From a virus: a DNA stretch of 64,000 bases. The notes beneath the pieces are model-generated. The model saw nothing but the letters and a program-made list of their open reading frames with translations. It did no database searches and was not told where the DNA came from. The DNA is taken from IMG/VR virus record IMGVR_UViG_3300034107_000725, positions 96,001 through 160,000 of that record; one strand, given 5' to 3'. The translations under genes and the position numbers were made by a program. This document shows positions 38,001-47,379 of the stretch, piece after piece (the first letter of the stretch is position 1; each line of letters begins with the position of its first letter).

Positions 38001-40076
38001 GCTAAGTTGCCTGATGATCAAGCTGTCCTGGCTCGCCGAGACCTGATGCGAGGTAACGCCAAGTTAACAGTTGATCAGGATCGCAACCTACTCAAGCAGG
38101 CTGAAGACCAGCTCATCGCAGAAAACCAATTAAAGGCAGTTGGGCAGCTTAAAGACAATCAGACATTGATGGCAGGAAAAACCGAGCTAGACGGCTATAC
38201 GTTGGACTCAGCTTTAAAGACAGAGCTGGCCGCTGCTGATCCAAAAGACCGGGCTCAAGTTGTCAACAAGTATTTGGATTCCCAATTAAGTTACAGCGAT
38301 AATGCCCGTAAGACTGCGGTAGCTTACAGTCACACGGCAGAGGGGCGGCAGGCTGCGGCAGATGTAGAGCAAAACGTCGGAGCTATCTCAGATCTTCGTC
38401 GCGAATTTATGCAGGATACTGGTGCGTTTGCTCGCGGTGGCCTTCGAGGTCAGTTGGCCGTAAAACAAAGTCAAGCTGCAGAAGACACACTTCAAACTTT
38501 GGCCAACGATTACTTTGAAGGTGATCGCGGTCGGATGATAAACTCTGCCGGATTGGCTATGAGTGATCGCGGACGTACAAAGGCAACAGCTCAACTTGCG
38601 GCTATGCCTGCTGAAGAGAAGGCGGCTATAGCTGCTCGACTTGGTATTGAAGTTAAAGCTCTCGACGTAAATCAATTTCAACGGTTCATAGGGCTACAAG
38701 CCAAAGACGCTGTTGGCACAATGGCCGGAGCCATGGACGCATTTACCGGTGCCGCCGATAAGACCTATGCAGATTTGATCAAACCAACAGAAGCGACTAC
38801 AGCACTGGCCACGCAATTGCTAGGAACCGAGGCTACCAAAGAGCAGGCTGCGGGGATGCAGGCGTTAAGTTCTGCAGCAGCTCTAAAAGGTACAGACGTA
38901 GCCGGAATCACTAAGGGGTTGGATCTGGCAAATATTACAAAGCAGATCGCAGCCGGAGAACAGATCGATACCCAAGGTATGAGTGCTGAACAAAAATCTC
39001 TAGTTGAGATGGCCAGTGGCATGAAGAGCCTAAGCAAACTGGACGAAGAAAAGCTAAAGGCTTTAGCCAGCGTGGCTGAAATCGGCACGGTTGATGCCAA
39101 AGCCAAAGCAAAAGAGTTAGGGATGACTGAAGCGGAGTATATGAAGATCCGTCAAGGCGGTAAGGCTGACCGCAATGTTGTAATGGACAAGCCTGCCGTG
39201 GATGCCGCTCTCGCCGACGAGGCTCAGCTACAAACTTTAACACGAAGACTGAACCGAACTGGCATGAGCGAAGAAGCTCGGTCAAACTTCACAAGGCAGT
39301 CCGATGAAATCAAAACCCGCCGAAACGAACGAATGGTTGAGGCCGGGCTTAAGCCTGGCGACGCAGAAGACGAGTTGAAGTACAAAGCTCAGCTGACTCA
39401 CCAAGGTGATATCAAAAAGTTGATGACTGAAGGCGAGCGGTATAAGAAAGATTCCGAGCAGCTATCCGTTTCAATGGGTACGGCAGATTTTGAATCCGCC
39501 AAATCTGCTTTGGTTTCTGTCAATAAGCAAGCCAAAGAAGACGCCGCAAAGTTGGCTGCCCGAGATCTAGGCAGTGAGTCGCTGAATACGTTGGCAGATG
39601 CTTTTGGGCAGGAAGATCCCGAAAAACGAACAGCGTTCCGGCAAATGGTCGGGTCTCGTGGTACAAATACGGAACGCAACAACCTGCTTGTCTCGAATGT
39701 GCTGAAAGATCTGAAGCTCACTTCAGACAAAGATGGCACGGCAATCAACAAGCTGGATACATTGGTGGATAAATATAAGGCAGCCACGGACACAGAAAAG
39801 ACAGACATAGCCAAAACTATGGGCATATCGCCAGAAGCCTTGGCAAAGGGCATGCGAAGTACTGAGTTTCTGGAGATGGACAAGATTGCAGGAAAGTACA
39901 CAGAAGCCAACTACGAGTCTGCCTTGAAGCGAAAAGCTGGAGTCGATGTGGCTAAAGAAGTAGAGCAGTCAGAGCCCCGTTCGATGCGAATTGATGGCGG
40001 GGTGATTGAAATCAAAGGTGACATCACGGGTACCGGTACTCCGCATAATGTCATCGTCACTGGTGGCCAACGCTAA
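35073..40076 (+). CDS. Tape measure protein (1667 aa)
   Basis: Very long Ala/Gln/Gly/Met-rich helical protein after the chaperone pair and before the baseplate genes. Confidence 0.85.
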   Translation: MEMDPNQLYMMQDLAPELIHAVPGMLSAGSRGGAQRLSALSDPSNPTYASPMAGTPVPDLSPMAPLGLQNFGIGGQLAGMAGNLYLAQTMTQSGSLPTGNSGSYMQAYRNRNLQNQQAQLASKVASQDAESYYRTLRGAAAMVGLPFNQAQQQAARGFAQTIANAGPTLAAVAPELMDAMTGERGSVQAMASQMMDANRYKLDPVSGKMGYAVSANADLVNNVFQNMFTEDSTAQRQGIRAGDIGQLYKGLAAEGLAGPRGSMRDRTIQALQEARQEGVDLQKVGAAQGIGVGANMNLESLSNMDLTSLRQDKGVQARLSKSDAKQVSDQLSGYVSSLSAMREVFGENGDPNAPVPKLINALKGLTSGQMQRFDPAQLNTMVRDMQALSQVSGKSVDQLLAMTETANALNTRMLRGNGVSFNPTSTNVGVTTGMAFAQEGGATGFGALNREQAEQSAMGLFSRGLASEMGNAMGTLTRIEKAGGFADNQAGRQMKAAMDAADAGAKTYAFKADDGQTITRNVPTREMEFMSMARNGAVSGMDASGFSMMLGDRTSNLRALSTNPERQQAAMRQQGFEIDREIARVAGNRLGSDQALMSGIADPRLRAEAGMAMGQAATNALTSLDMTQLQSDPARNRAIADALKVEASNQGVVLDDKAALTMAAGVFGQAETTVRRFGFDAFTAKQQVLGQGVSESRDSQQAVASARAGLNQAMSGLGPKGSPLARVLSALQKQGDRGADANISTMLGDIFAGSADMDATTLSGPIKEVQARKVAVEELTGRLNGATPEQRQQLQAQIKDQVGMLDKAVQATLKAAEPMGLVGQEGTFNKEDLIRGQQATREMGHINRMSQVQTLALSSTVTDVDRQAASATTLNQRDLQAVASRLAQLKGDQIDATSFDKLLKENEDAQEHYDQLVKEVGVVPAEAEKIVRQNLRNEMDTPDAEDLKELYGDQMTLGKLDTATQDAVIRARRTALAKLPDDQAVLARRDLMRGNAKLTVDQDRNLLKQAEDQLIAENQLKAVGQLKDNQTLMAGKTELDGYTLDSALKTELAAADPKDRAQVVNKYLDSQLSYSDNARKTAVAYSHTAEGRQAAADVEQNVGAISDLRREFMQDTGAFARGGLRGQLAVKQSQAAEDTLQTLANDYFEGDRGRMINSAGLAMSDRGRTKATAQLAAMPAEEKAAIAARLGIEVKALDVNQFQRFIGLQAKDAVGTMAGAMDAFTGAADKTYADLIKPTEATTALATQLLGTEATKEQAAGMQALSSAAALKGTDVAGITKGLDLANITKQIAAGEQIDTQGMSAEQKSLVEMASGMKSLSKLDEEKLKALASVAEIGTVDAKAKAKELGMTEAEYMKIRQGGKADRNVVMDKPAVDAALADEAQLQTLTRRLNRTGMSEEARSNFTRQSDEIKTRRNERMVEAGLKPGDAEDELKYKAQLTHQGDIKKLMTEGERYKKDSEQLSVSMGTADFESAKSALVSVNKQAKEDAAKLAARDLGSESLNTLADAFGQEDPEKRTAFRQMVGSRGTNTERNNLLVSNVLKDLKLTSDKDGTAINKLDTLVDKYKAATDTEKTDIAKTMGISPEALAKGMRSTEFLEMDKIAGKYTEANYESALKRKAGVDVAKEVEQSEPRSMRIDGGVIEIKGDITGTGTPHNVIVTGGQR

Positions 40077-40087
40077 AGGACTATTCT

Positions 40088-40570
40088 ATGCCAGTTGTCT
40101 TTTCCACAAATACCGGACGTGTCTTAGCTGTTACAGACGAGGTTGCTGCGGGAGCAATTTCACTCGTAGGTGTAACCGGCGATACACAAATCAGTTTTAA
40201 TACCCACCGAACTATCATCACACGATTGGGTGTTTCTGCTGCAGGCAATTACCAATTCCTGCACACCATCGGCAATGATGTTTACGTCTATGTCTTTGGC
40301 GATCGCATGGGGCAAATTGTGGTCCACGGTATAAGTTTCGCACAGGACTGCAACGGTAGCACTGATCACGGGTTTGAAAGGCTGTTGGGTTGGTATGAGC
40401 AAAATCGAATCGCAGTGCGTAAAGCTCCAGTCACTGTGACCATCGGAAGCAATAAAGCGTTTAAGGGGTTTTTGACCGCGTTATCTGGCGACGTTCAAGA
40501 CGCCCTACATCGTACAATTCAGTTTCAGCTAACGATTTCACTGCTGCCAGATACCCTGGCAACGCCGTAA
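40088..40570 (+). CDS. Tube-fold baseplate/tube initiator protein (probable)
   Basis: 160 aa; NYQFLHTIGNDVYVYVFGDRMGQIVVHG; position after the tape measure. Confidence 0.55.
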   Translation: MPVVFSTNTGRVLAVTDEVAAGAISLVGVTGDTQISFNTHRTIITRLGVSAAGNYQFLHTIGNDVYVYVFGDRMGQIVVHGISFAQDCNGSTDHGFERLLGWYEQNRIAVRKAPVTVTIGSNKAFKGFLTALSGDVQDALHRTIQFQLTISLLPDTLATP

Positions 40571-40579
40571 GGGAACCTC

Positions 40580-41380
40580 ATGTTCAATCACGCTCGAACT
40601 CTGCTGATGAACTTATCCGGAAATACCGGAGATCTCTACATATCCGATTATCCTGGGGATGAGATGATCCCTGCGGGTTATCGGGCTGTGGCGTTGCCAA
40701 CTTACTTGCAGGTTGTGCGTTCGCGATTGTTTGGCGTAACACCTGATCGAGCCATGCTGAATTACAGAGTAGCTCAACTTTTGCAGCTGATTGAGGCAAC
40801 GGAGCTTCAGTCCCATATCTTGGCCTTAGACTCCAGGATTACTTACAGTAGTTATCCCAGACAGCTGGCTTTAGATTCAACCTTCCAACCAACGGTTCGA
40901 AGGTTTGGCGGTTTACCTACTGACATCTTATCTGTGATAGGTAACGCAACTCGCCCAGACTTTAGCGGCAAGGCTTACTACAACTATCAAGTCACTGTGG
41001 TGGATGAGTCTACGCTTGGTGTTCAACGGCTGACCTTCCCGCTGGCGTATGCGGAATACGAACTTACCTACTCACAAGAGTTAAGCCCGCAGTATGCTTT
41101 GCCGTTCTCTGACTACAAAGTGCAGATCACTCGGCCTTCAACAAATTTGACATGGAATGTTCGCGGCTGCATGCGACCTCAGTTAAGTCTGGATGCGATT
41201 GACACCAACTTGCGGTCTATCGGTGAGCCTTACTTGCTTCAGCTTTTTGGAGCAGCTCCTGTTGAACCTTTTACCACTTTTCGTAACTGCTGGAAAAATC
41301 ATCCAGAATTTGCGTATCGACTTGGCGGTATAGTACTAGCTCTGATCTACCGCACCGAGGAGATATACCGTGGCAAATAA
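40580..41380 (+). CDS. Baseplate-region hypothetical protein
   Basis: 266 aa ORF with GGGA RBS, within the operon. Confidence 0.5.
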   Translation: MFNHARTLLMNLSGNTGDLYISDYPGDEMIPAGYRAVALPTYLQVVRSRLFGVTPDRAMLNYRVAQLLQLIEATELQSHILALDSRITYSSYPRQLALDSTFQPTVRRFGGLPTDILSVIGNATRPDFSGKAYYNYQVTVVDESTLGVQRLTFPLAYAEYELTYSQELSPQYALPFSDYKVQITRPSTNLTWNVRGCMRPQLSLDAIDTNLRSIGEPYLLQLFGAAPVEPFTTFRNCWKNHPEFAYRLGGIVLALIYRTEEIYRGK

Positions 41381-43067
41381 ATCAAAAAACTGGGCTCTTG
41401 TCGATTTCTCTGGGGCGTTGCAATCCGCTAAACTGCGGCTGTACGTCGCAGGTGTTGAGCTGCCAGTGGCTCAATTTTCCATGACCTACGGGTTGAATGC
41501 CATACCATCGGCTACGGCTTTGATTGCGTTGGGCCGAAATGCTCAAACGCTAGAAGAGTCAACGGTTTATCAGGTAATCGATAAGATTAAGCAGATGGCT
41601 AAAGTGCGTGTGATAATTGAAGGGCCTTTAGGTGACTGGTCTACGGCAGCCGGTACGCAATTCCCAAGTGGCTACTCTGTAATATTTGTGGGGTACGTTG
41701 CAGGAATCAGCTATCGCAGATCCGCGGGTCGCGTCAGCATGGTGTTAAACATGCTCAACCGGCTGATTGACATGGACATGTCCGCAGGCGGTAGTAAGGA
41801 TGTCGTGCCTGGGGCTCCGCATGAACTGCTATTGCCAACGCTGGTACAAGGGGCAGGCAGTGAATCAGCCGGGGCTGCGGGTACTAAGTTTGTGTTAGGT
41901 CTTAACTCTGACTTAACAACTGACTTCAGCCAGGGCATTTTGAATACACTTCTCCATCTGGGCAAAAATAACCAGATACAGCTCCACGAGGGTGGTATCT
42001 GGTGTCAGGGTGGGGAACCAAAACAACTCCAGCTGCGAGAAGCAAACACCCGTGTGCTGGAGACCATTGAAGGCGTAGGTGACTGGGAAGGAATCGCAAA
42101 CAGCTCCGCAGTTGTCGCAAATGTCATGTCCGCCACGTACCCTTTAAAAGTACATGCAGCGGGAATAGAAAAAGCGGCCTACACGATTGGCGAGATCGTT
42201 GCGTCTTCTCTGACCGGTACGAGTATGTGGAACATGCTGATCGGTTCACTTCTACCTGTTTTTGGTTGCGGCGTAGTACCAACAGCCACCGGAGCAATCA
42301 TTGCTCCAATTTTAAACAATGCCCGTGAACACCAAGTCGCAATCCTCCCTGATGAGTATGCTGACTTTGATATGACGACGTTGTCAAAACGTCCGTTATA
42401 TGGTGTGGGGGTTTCAGGTAATTACCAGTTTGGCTCTATCGGGGTTGGTGAAAATAAGATGTGCGTGGGAGCAACTTTTGATGCTTTTGCGGAAGGCGAT
42501 ATATCTGGACCTGATGGTATGTGGTTGTTTGTACCTGCCCCTAGTTGGATGGATGATTGGGTCAATCTGGATCCGCAGGCTCTGAAGGGGGAAGCGGCTA
42601 TTAATCAAATGTTAAATAAACCTTCCCACGACAGCGTGGGAGTTAACGCGACTGCAACTAGCCGAAATCCAGATTCAGAGGTGTCGGGTTGGAACGATGT
42701 CATGCAGAAGTATGCTCGACTGGTTTACGCTAATAACGCTTTACACGGTCGACAAGGTACACTGGTAGGTAAACTCAGATTCGATATTGCTCCCGGGACA
42801 ACAGTCAAGGTTGGGGTCAAAGATGATCTGATGTCTGCGGGTGTGGATCAGTTAGCCTGTGACATGTTTGGATTTGTGGCAAGAGTAACAATCACAATCA
42901 ACGCAGAGCAAGCGGCAGCCGCTACTACTTTGGAACTCACCAACTTAAGGACTAGCTCTGAGAATCAAATGACTCGCTTCTCCATGACTACGCACCCATT
43001 CTTTGACTCAAATTATTTCAAGTACGCTTCCATCGTTCCCGGACTTTCACTACCTCCGAGCAAATAA
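41370..43067 (+). CDS. Baseplate hub protein (gp27/gpD-like, probable)
   Basis: LYVAGVELPVAQFSMTYGLNAIPSATALI start and GKLRFDIAPGTTVKV..VARVTITINA end are typical of hub proteins; 565 aa. Confidence 0.6.
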   Translation: MANKSKNWALVDFSGALQSAKLRLYVAGVELPVAQFSMTYGLNAIPSATALIALGRNAQTLEESTVYQVIDKIKQMAKVRVIIEGPLGDWSTAAGTQFPSGYSVIFVGYVAGISYRRSAGRVSMVLNMLNRLIDMDMSAGGSKDVVPGAPHELLLPTLVQGAGSESAGAAGTKFVLGLNSDLTTDFSQGILNTLLHLGKNNQIQLHEGGIWCQGGEPKQLQLREANTRVLETIEGVGDWEGIANSSAVVANVMSATYPLKVHAAGIEKAAYTIGEIVASSLTGTSMWNMLIGSLLPVFGCGVVPTATGAIIAPILNNAREHQVAILPDEYADFDMTTLSKRPLYGVGVSGNYQFGSIGVGENKMCVGATFDAFAEGDISGPDGMWLFVPAPSWMDDWVNLDPQALKGEAAINQMLNKPSHDSVGVNATATSRNPDSEVSGWNDVMQKYARLVYANNALHGRQGTLVGKLRFDIAPGTTVKVGVKDDLMSAGVDQLACDMFGFVARVTITINAEQAAAATTLELTNLRTSSENQMTRFSMTTHPFFDSNYFKYASIVPGLSLPPSK

Positions 43068-43069
43068 AC

Positions 43070-43804
43070 ATGAACAGCTATCTTGAAGAAGAGTATAAGC
43101 CCGCATACGACGCCTGGAAGCTAGACCAGACACCACCCGGCAACGCTGCCTTCCTGGAAGCGATTCATCCAATCGTGCAGAAGGGTGTGCAGATGTACGG
43201 AGGCGACAGTCCGTTATCCGCAAGTCGCGGACGTTTGATGGCTTTGGATGCTGTACGGAAGTACGATCCCTCCCGTTCGCGTTTGCAGTCTCACCTGCTA
43301 AACCAGATGCAAGGCTTACGCCGAGTCACGCAGCAGCAAAGTCAGGTTATGCGGGTACCCGAGCGAGTGCTATTGGAAAACCAGCAACTGCATAGGCAAA
43401 CGCAGGAACTTATGGATGACCTGGGTCGTGAACCTACGGATGCCGAGTTGGCTGACCGTATGGGCCTCTCCATGCCTCGCCTGACGCGTATTCGTAAATT
43501 CCAGCCCGGTATGAGCTCTGGACAAATTGAAGAACAAAATCCAATGGCAGGTGGCGGTGCCGGGCAAATTCCTGGGCAAAGGGACGCCGCAGATCTGTGG
43601 GCTGAGGTTGTGTATCAGGATCTAAGCCCGATGGATCAAGCCATCATGGAACGTACACTAGGCATGCGTGGCCATAAAAAAATGTCCAATCAAGATTTGG
43701 CTCGGCATTTGAGTCGCAGCCCTGGAGCAATCACTCAGCGTAAGATGAAAATCCAGCAGTTACTGGATCAGGAACGTGAGCTTTCCCCTTTTATTGCGGA
43801 GTAA
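43070..43804 (+). CDS. Sigma70-family RNA polymerase sigma factor (group 3-like, regions 2-4)
   Basis: AVRKYDPSR (region 2), VMRVP...LGREPTDAELADRMGLS (region 3), LSPMDQAIM..LG....MSNQDLARHLSRSPGAITQ (region 4 HTH). Confidence 0.85.
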   Translation: MNSYLEEEYKPAYDAWKLDQTPPGNAAFLEAIHPIVQKGVQMYGGDSPLSASRGRLMALDAVRKYDPSRSRLQSHLLNQMQGLRRVTQQQSQVMRVPERVLLENQQLHRQTQELMDDLGREPTDAELADRMGLSMPRLTRIRKFQPGMSSGQIEEQNPMAGGGAGQIPGQRDAADLWAEVVYQDLSPMDQAIMERTLGMRGHKKMSNQDLARHLSRSPGAITQRKMKIQQLLDQERELSPFIAE

Positions 43805-43807
43805 CCT

Positions 43808-44275
43808 ATGGCACAGAAGGGGCTAGTCGATCCTCACTTGGAAATTATGCTTCAGCATTTTACCAAGTCTAAGAAGGAATCGTATTCCAAGCGGACAACC
43901 AACGATGCAGTGCCCTGGTTTCGCCCACCCCTTGAAGGTTGGGACGGTGATCTGCAAACCGAAGAAGGTTTGATCACGATCCATGATGCCTTCAACACGG
44001 ACAAAGCCGAAGCAGCTTTGATTGAAGCCTATCAGCCAGGCTCTCCGGGCAACACTTCAGATGGTGTCGTACTCAGCTTGCAGATCGATTACGCGGCTCA
44101 GGCTGAGCGAGCTTTTCGAGCCCGTACAACTCAAACCTTTCCAAGGGCGTTGGCTCACTTGTCTACAAGAGAAAAAGGCCACGGCCAAGACACAGGTGCG
44201 TTTACCGGGCAGGCGTTGAACTACTTCACCGCAATCATTAAACAAGGATCTGAAGGCAAGGGGGGAGCGATATGA
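43808..44275 (+). CDS. Hypothetical protein
   Basis: 155 aa; coupled to its neighbours (GGAG RBS, ATGA overlap). Confidence 0.55.
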   Translation: MAQKGLVDPHLEIMLQHFTKSKKESYSKRTTNDAVPWFRPPLEGWDGDLQTEEGLITIHDAFNTDKAEAALIEAYQPGSPGNTSDGVVLSLQIDYAAQAERAFRARTTQTFPRALAHLSTREKGHGQDTGAFTGQALNYFTAIIKQGSEGKGGAI

Positions 44276-44760
44276 CCCAGCTATCAGGCACACTACATCA
44301 GTACATTGGACGTACAGTGGACGTGCTGGCGTTTGACGACGCTAAAGCTACTGGGGATGCCTTGCTGACTCAAACTCTGGTTCAACCAGGGCAAAGTGGA
44401 GCACTCATTACCGGTATCGAAAAGCTGGTGCAGCGTTTCCTGCTTGAGCTACTGACCGAGCAAGGTTCCATGCCGTATGCTTTGGCTCGTGGTACGTTTT
44501 TCATGACGCAGATCCGTGCCGGAATGCTGAGTACATCTCAAGATCTGTTTGCAGCTTTTGGAGCCGCAGAGCTGGAAATCCGAACCAATCTGCGAACAGA
44601 AGAAGATGTTGCAACAAACCCCGCAGATGAGCGATACAAGTCAGCCTCTCTGCTTGCTGCGTCATTACAGGGAGATCTGGCGGTGCTTACCATTCAGGTT
44701 ATGAGCGTCGCTGACGTTTCGCGAACCGTGATCTACCCACTGAGAGTTTCTATATCTTGA
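44272..44760 (+). CDS. Baseplate wedge gp25-like (sheath initiator) protein
   Basis: ITGIEKLVQRFLLELLTEQGS.P....RGT motif; directly before the baseplate J gene. Confidence 0.75.
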   Translation: MTQLSGTLHQYIGRTVDVLAFDDAKATGDALLTQTLVQPGQSGALITGIEKLVQRFLLELLTEQGSMPYALARGTFFMTQIRAGMLSTSQDLFAAFGAAELEIRTNLRTEEDVATNPADERYKSASLLAASLQGDLAVLTIQVMSVADVSRTVIYPLRVSIS

Positions 44761-44767
44761 GGATGCC

Positions 44768-46438
44768 ATGAGCCTGACCGTATCAAACTTTGAATTGTCC
44801 AACCTGACAGACCTCGACAACGCCGATGTCCAACAGGTGTTGGAACAGTTGACGACTCAGCTGCAGGAACTCAACCCTTCGTTAGATCTTAAACGAGGGG
44901 TTTTTAAAGATATCGTGGCGTACTATCACGCCGTGCTTGAGACGGCAATTCGTACAAATTTGGAACGCTACCAGTCTGCTCGCAGTCTACAGCAGATTAA
45001 CGCCAACGCCGTTGCCGCAGATTCCACAGTCGTAGATGAGGTTCTTTCTAATTGGGGCATAACCCGTAAGACAGGAACCAGAGCAATAGGTTCGGTCACT
45101 ATCGAGATCAGTCAGGCTCGCTCAGTAACCATACCGGCTAACTTCACTTTCTCTGTAAACGGATTAACCTACGTCGCGACTCAGACCTTCACCTCGAGAA
45201 CAAGTGAAGGACAGATTTCTAATCCTGTCACTGACCGCTTACTGGTACAACTGAGTAACGGAAACTGGGCCTTCACTATTGAGGTGGAAGCTGAAGACGT
45301 AGGTTCAAAATATAAGCTAAACGCCGGGGATACGTTAAACCCGGATCGAACCGTCGTATCCTTTGTCGCCAGTTACGCGACCTCTACATTTAATGACGGT
45401 TTAGACGCAGAGACCAACGAACAATTAATCGCTGAACTACAGTTGGGCCTGGCGGCCAAGGCGTTGTCTAACCGCACTAACATGCGATCTTATCTGCGAT
45501 CCATACCTGCTTTGAATCTTATAACAAATCAATCCATTGTCGGTTACGGTGACGCCGAGATGTTGCGGGATCAACATACCATTTTTCCGGTCAGCTACGG
45601 TGGCAGAGTGGATTGGTACATTCGCGGCCAAGAAACCCTACAGCGGTTGGCTGTCACGGTAACCGCAACTTGTATCAGCATCGCGGGCAGTACCAGCACA
45701 TGGCAATTTGCACTAAACAAGAACGCATCGCCCGGATTTTACGAAGTCACTAAGATTCGACGACAACTTGACGCAAATTTAAATTCCGGATTTGAAATCA
45801 TTCTAGACAGTCGATCCAACGACCTGACAGGTGACGGGTTTATTCCGGACATTACTACAATAGCAGAAGGGGCGTACACCGCGTTTCAAACTGCGATCAT
45901 ACAGTTCGTAGATACTGTGACGCTTGTATCCGGGCTGGCTGTAGGGCAGACTGCTCTATACACTTGCGAGCTGATCGGCACTCCACTGATTCAAGAAATC
46001 CAAACACTGGTATCGAGCCGCGATGTCCGCAGTTATGCCGCAGATGCTTTGGTTAAAGCTCCGGTACCTTGTTTTGTACAGGTGACTCTTACCCTAAACA
46101 AGACAACAGGAACTATGGTCGACGCGGATATGATTGACAAGATCAAGCTCGCCATCATCGGTGTAGTCAATCGCACAGACTTCGTAGGCAGGTTGGACGG
46201 TTCCTATATCATTGAAGCCGTGCACGGTCTGATTACAGATAACATAAGCATAACTCAATTGGATCTTCTGGGACGTATACGTAGACCAGACGGTACATTA
46301 CAATATTTACGAGACCCGGATTCAATTGTGATCCCGGAGCAACCGGTTAAGATGGTGACAGCAAAAACGGTTCAATTTTTTGCAGAGGTTGCAGATGTGT
46401 CCGTTAACGTAGCATCTACGATTCCTACGGCAAACTAA
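44768..46438 (+). CDS. Baseplate J-like wedge protein (T4 gp6/P2 gpJ family)
   Basis: DLKRGVFKD, NWGITRKTGTRAIGSVTI...VTIPANFTF, EVEAEDVGSKY, GLDAETNE motifs. Confidence 0.85.
   Translation: MSLTVSNFELSNLTDLDNADVQQVLEQLTTQLQELNPSLDLKRGVFKDIVAYYHAVLETAIRTNLERYQSARSLQQINANAVAADSTVVDEVLSNWGITRKTGTRAIGSVTIEISQARSVTIPANFTFSVNGLTYVATQTFTSRTSEGQISNPVTDRLLVQLSNGNWAFTIEVEAEDVGSKYKLNAGDTLNPDRTVVSFVASYATSTFNDGLDAETNEQLIAELQLGLAAKALSNRTNMRSYLRSIPALNLITNQSIVGYGDAEMLRDQHTIFPVSYGGRVDWYIRGQETLQRLAVTVTATCISIAGSTSTWQFALNKNASPGFYEVTKIRRQLDANLNSGFEIILDSRSNDLTGDGFIPDITTIAEGAYTAFQTAIIQFVDTVTLVSGLAVGQTALYTCELIGTPLIQEIQTLVSSRDVRSYAADALVKAPVPCFVQVTLTLNKTTGTMVDADMIDKIKLAIIGVVNRTDFVGRLDGSYIIEAVHGLITDNISITQLDLLGRIRRPDGTLQYLRDPDSIVIPEQPVKMVTAKTVQFFAEVADVSVNVASTIPTAN
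45782..45793. promoter_or_regulatory. AAWTCCGGAWTT palindrome, copy inside a CDS
   Basis: AATTCCGGATTT within the baseplate J gene, preceded by TTTA. Confidence 0.4.
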
Positions 46439-46453
46439 CAGGAGGTTACTTGC

Positions 46454-47368
46454 GTGGCAAAACGAGCAAGCGGACGAGCAGAAGCTATTCGATTGTTGAA
46501 GCAAGACGGTGGTGAAGATCAACGCACCCCGCAACAGATGACGTTTGCCGTGAACTACTTGACGTTCTTTGGCTACATTGCAGTACACTTGCTGCAAAAC
46601 CTGGAACTCAAAGATATCAAGGCAGCGATCAAGGCTTTTCAAAAAATCTTTGGCCTAAAAGAGGACGGCACACTCACGCCGCAAACTTTACGTGCCATGG
46701 AAGGACCTCGATGTGGTTGTCCTGACCACATTGACGCGGACAATAAAAACCACCTTCAATTCATGCGGGCTCAAGAGATCTCAATCGAGAAACGAGATCG
46801 CTGGAACAAGCAAGGATTGAAGTACTTTATCGAGAAGTATCCGACGACCAAGATTCACAAAGACGAGCAGTCGCTTATCTTTGCGTCTGCCTTCCGGGCG
46901 TGGGATGACGTGTGTGGTCTAAATATTTTAGAGTGCAAGAAGGCTGCCGATGCGGATATCATTGTATCTGTAGGCAGTGGGCCTCAGCACAACTTTGACG
47001 GTGTCGGTGGTACGCTAGCCTGGGCCTATCTACCCACGGGAACAGATCAGCAGCTTACGATGCGATTTGACCTCGAAGAAACTTGGGTAGCTAAACCAAA
47101 AGATCGTGGTGTCTTGCTGCACAACGTGGCCTGCCACGAGTTTGGACATCTTTTGGGACTAACCCATTCAAAGCGACCTAGTGCTTTGATGGCTCCATAC
47201 TACAACCCATTTGTCGCTGTCCCGCAAGAGGACGATGACATCACACGAATTGAAAAACTTTACGGCAAAAACAACCAAATTGCCGCAATTCATGAAGTCA
47301 GTAAAGTTGGCTCTAACCTGACAGTGGAACTGCAGCCGGGCCAAAAACTTACGGTTGTTTGCAAATAA
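46454..47368 (+). CDS. Matrixin (M10A, MMP-like) zinc metalloprotease with PG-binding-like prodomain and cysteine switch
   Basis: AIKAFQKIFGLKEDGTLTPQT..AM..PRCGCPD prodomain; HEFGHLLGLTH zinc motif; ALMAPYY Met-turn; FDGVGGTLA loop; GGAGG RBS with GTG start. Confidence 0.92.
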   Translation: MAKRASGRAEAIRLLKQDGGEDQRTPQQMTFAVNYLTFFGYIAVHLLQNLELKDIKAAIKAFQKIFGLKEDGTLTPQTLRAMEGPRCGCPDHIDADNKNHLQFMRAQEISIEKRDRWNKQGLKYFIEKYPTTKIHKDEQSLIFASAFRAWDDVCGLNILECKKAADADIIVSVGSGPQHNFDGVGGTLAWAYLPTGTDQQLTMRFDLEETWVAKPKDRGVLLHNVACHEFGHLLGLTHSKRPSALMAPYYNPFVAVPQEDDDITRIEKLYGKNNQIAAIHEVSKVGSNLTVELQPGQKLTVVCK

Positions 47369-47379
47369 GGAGATCGATC

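Noticed and set aside
26555-39910. Longer minus-strand ORFs such as 27581..28450, 28664..29269, 34741..35223 and 39398..39910
   Set aside because: Fully antisense to well-supported sheath, chaperone and tape measure genes; no recognisable motifs.
27323-46438. Tailocin, eCIS or T6SS locus instead of a phage
   Set aside because: Capsid, prohead protease, scaffold and neck genes are present in the same operon.
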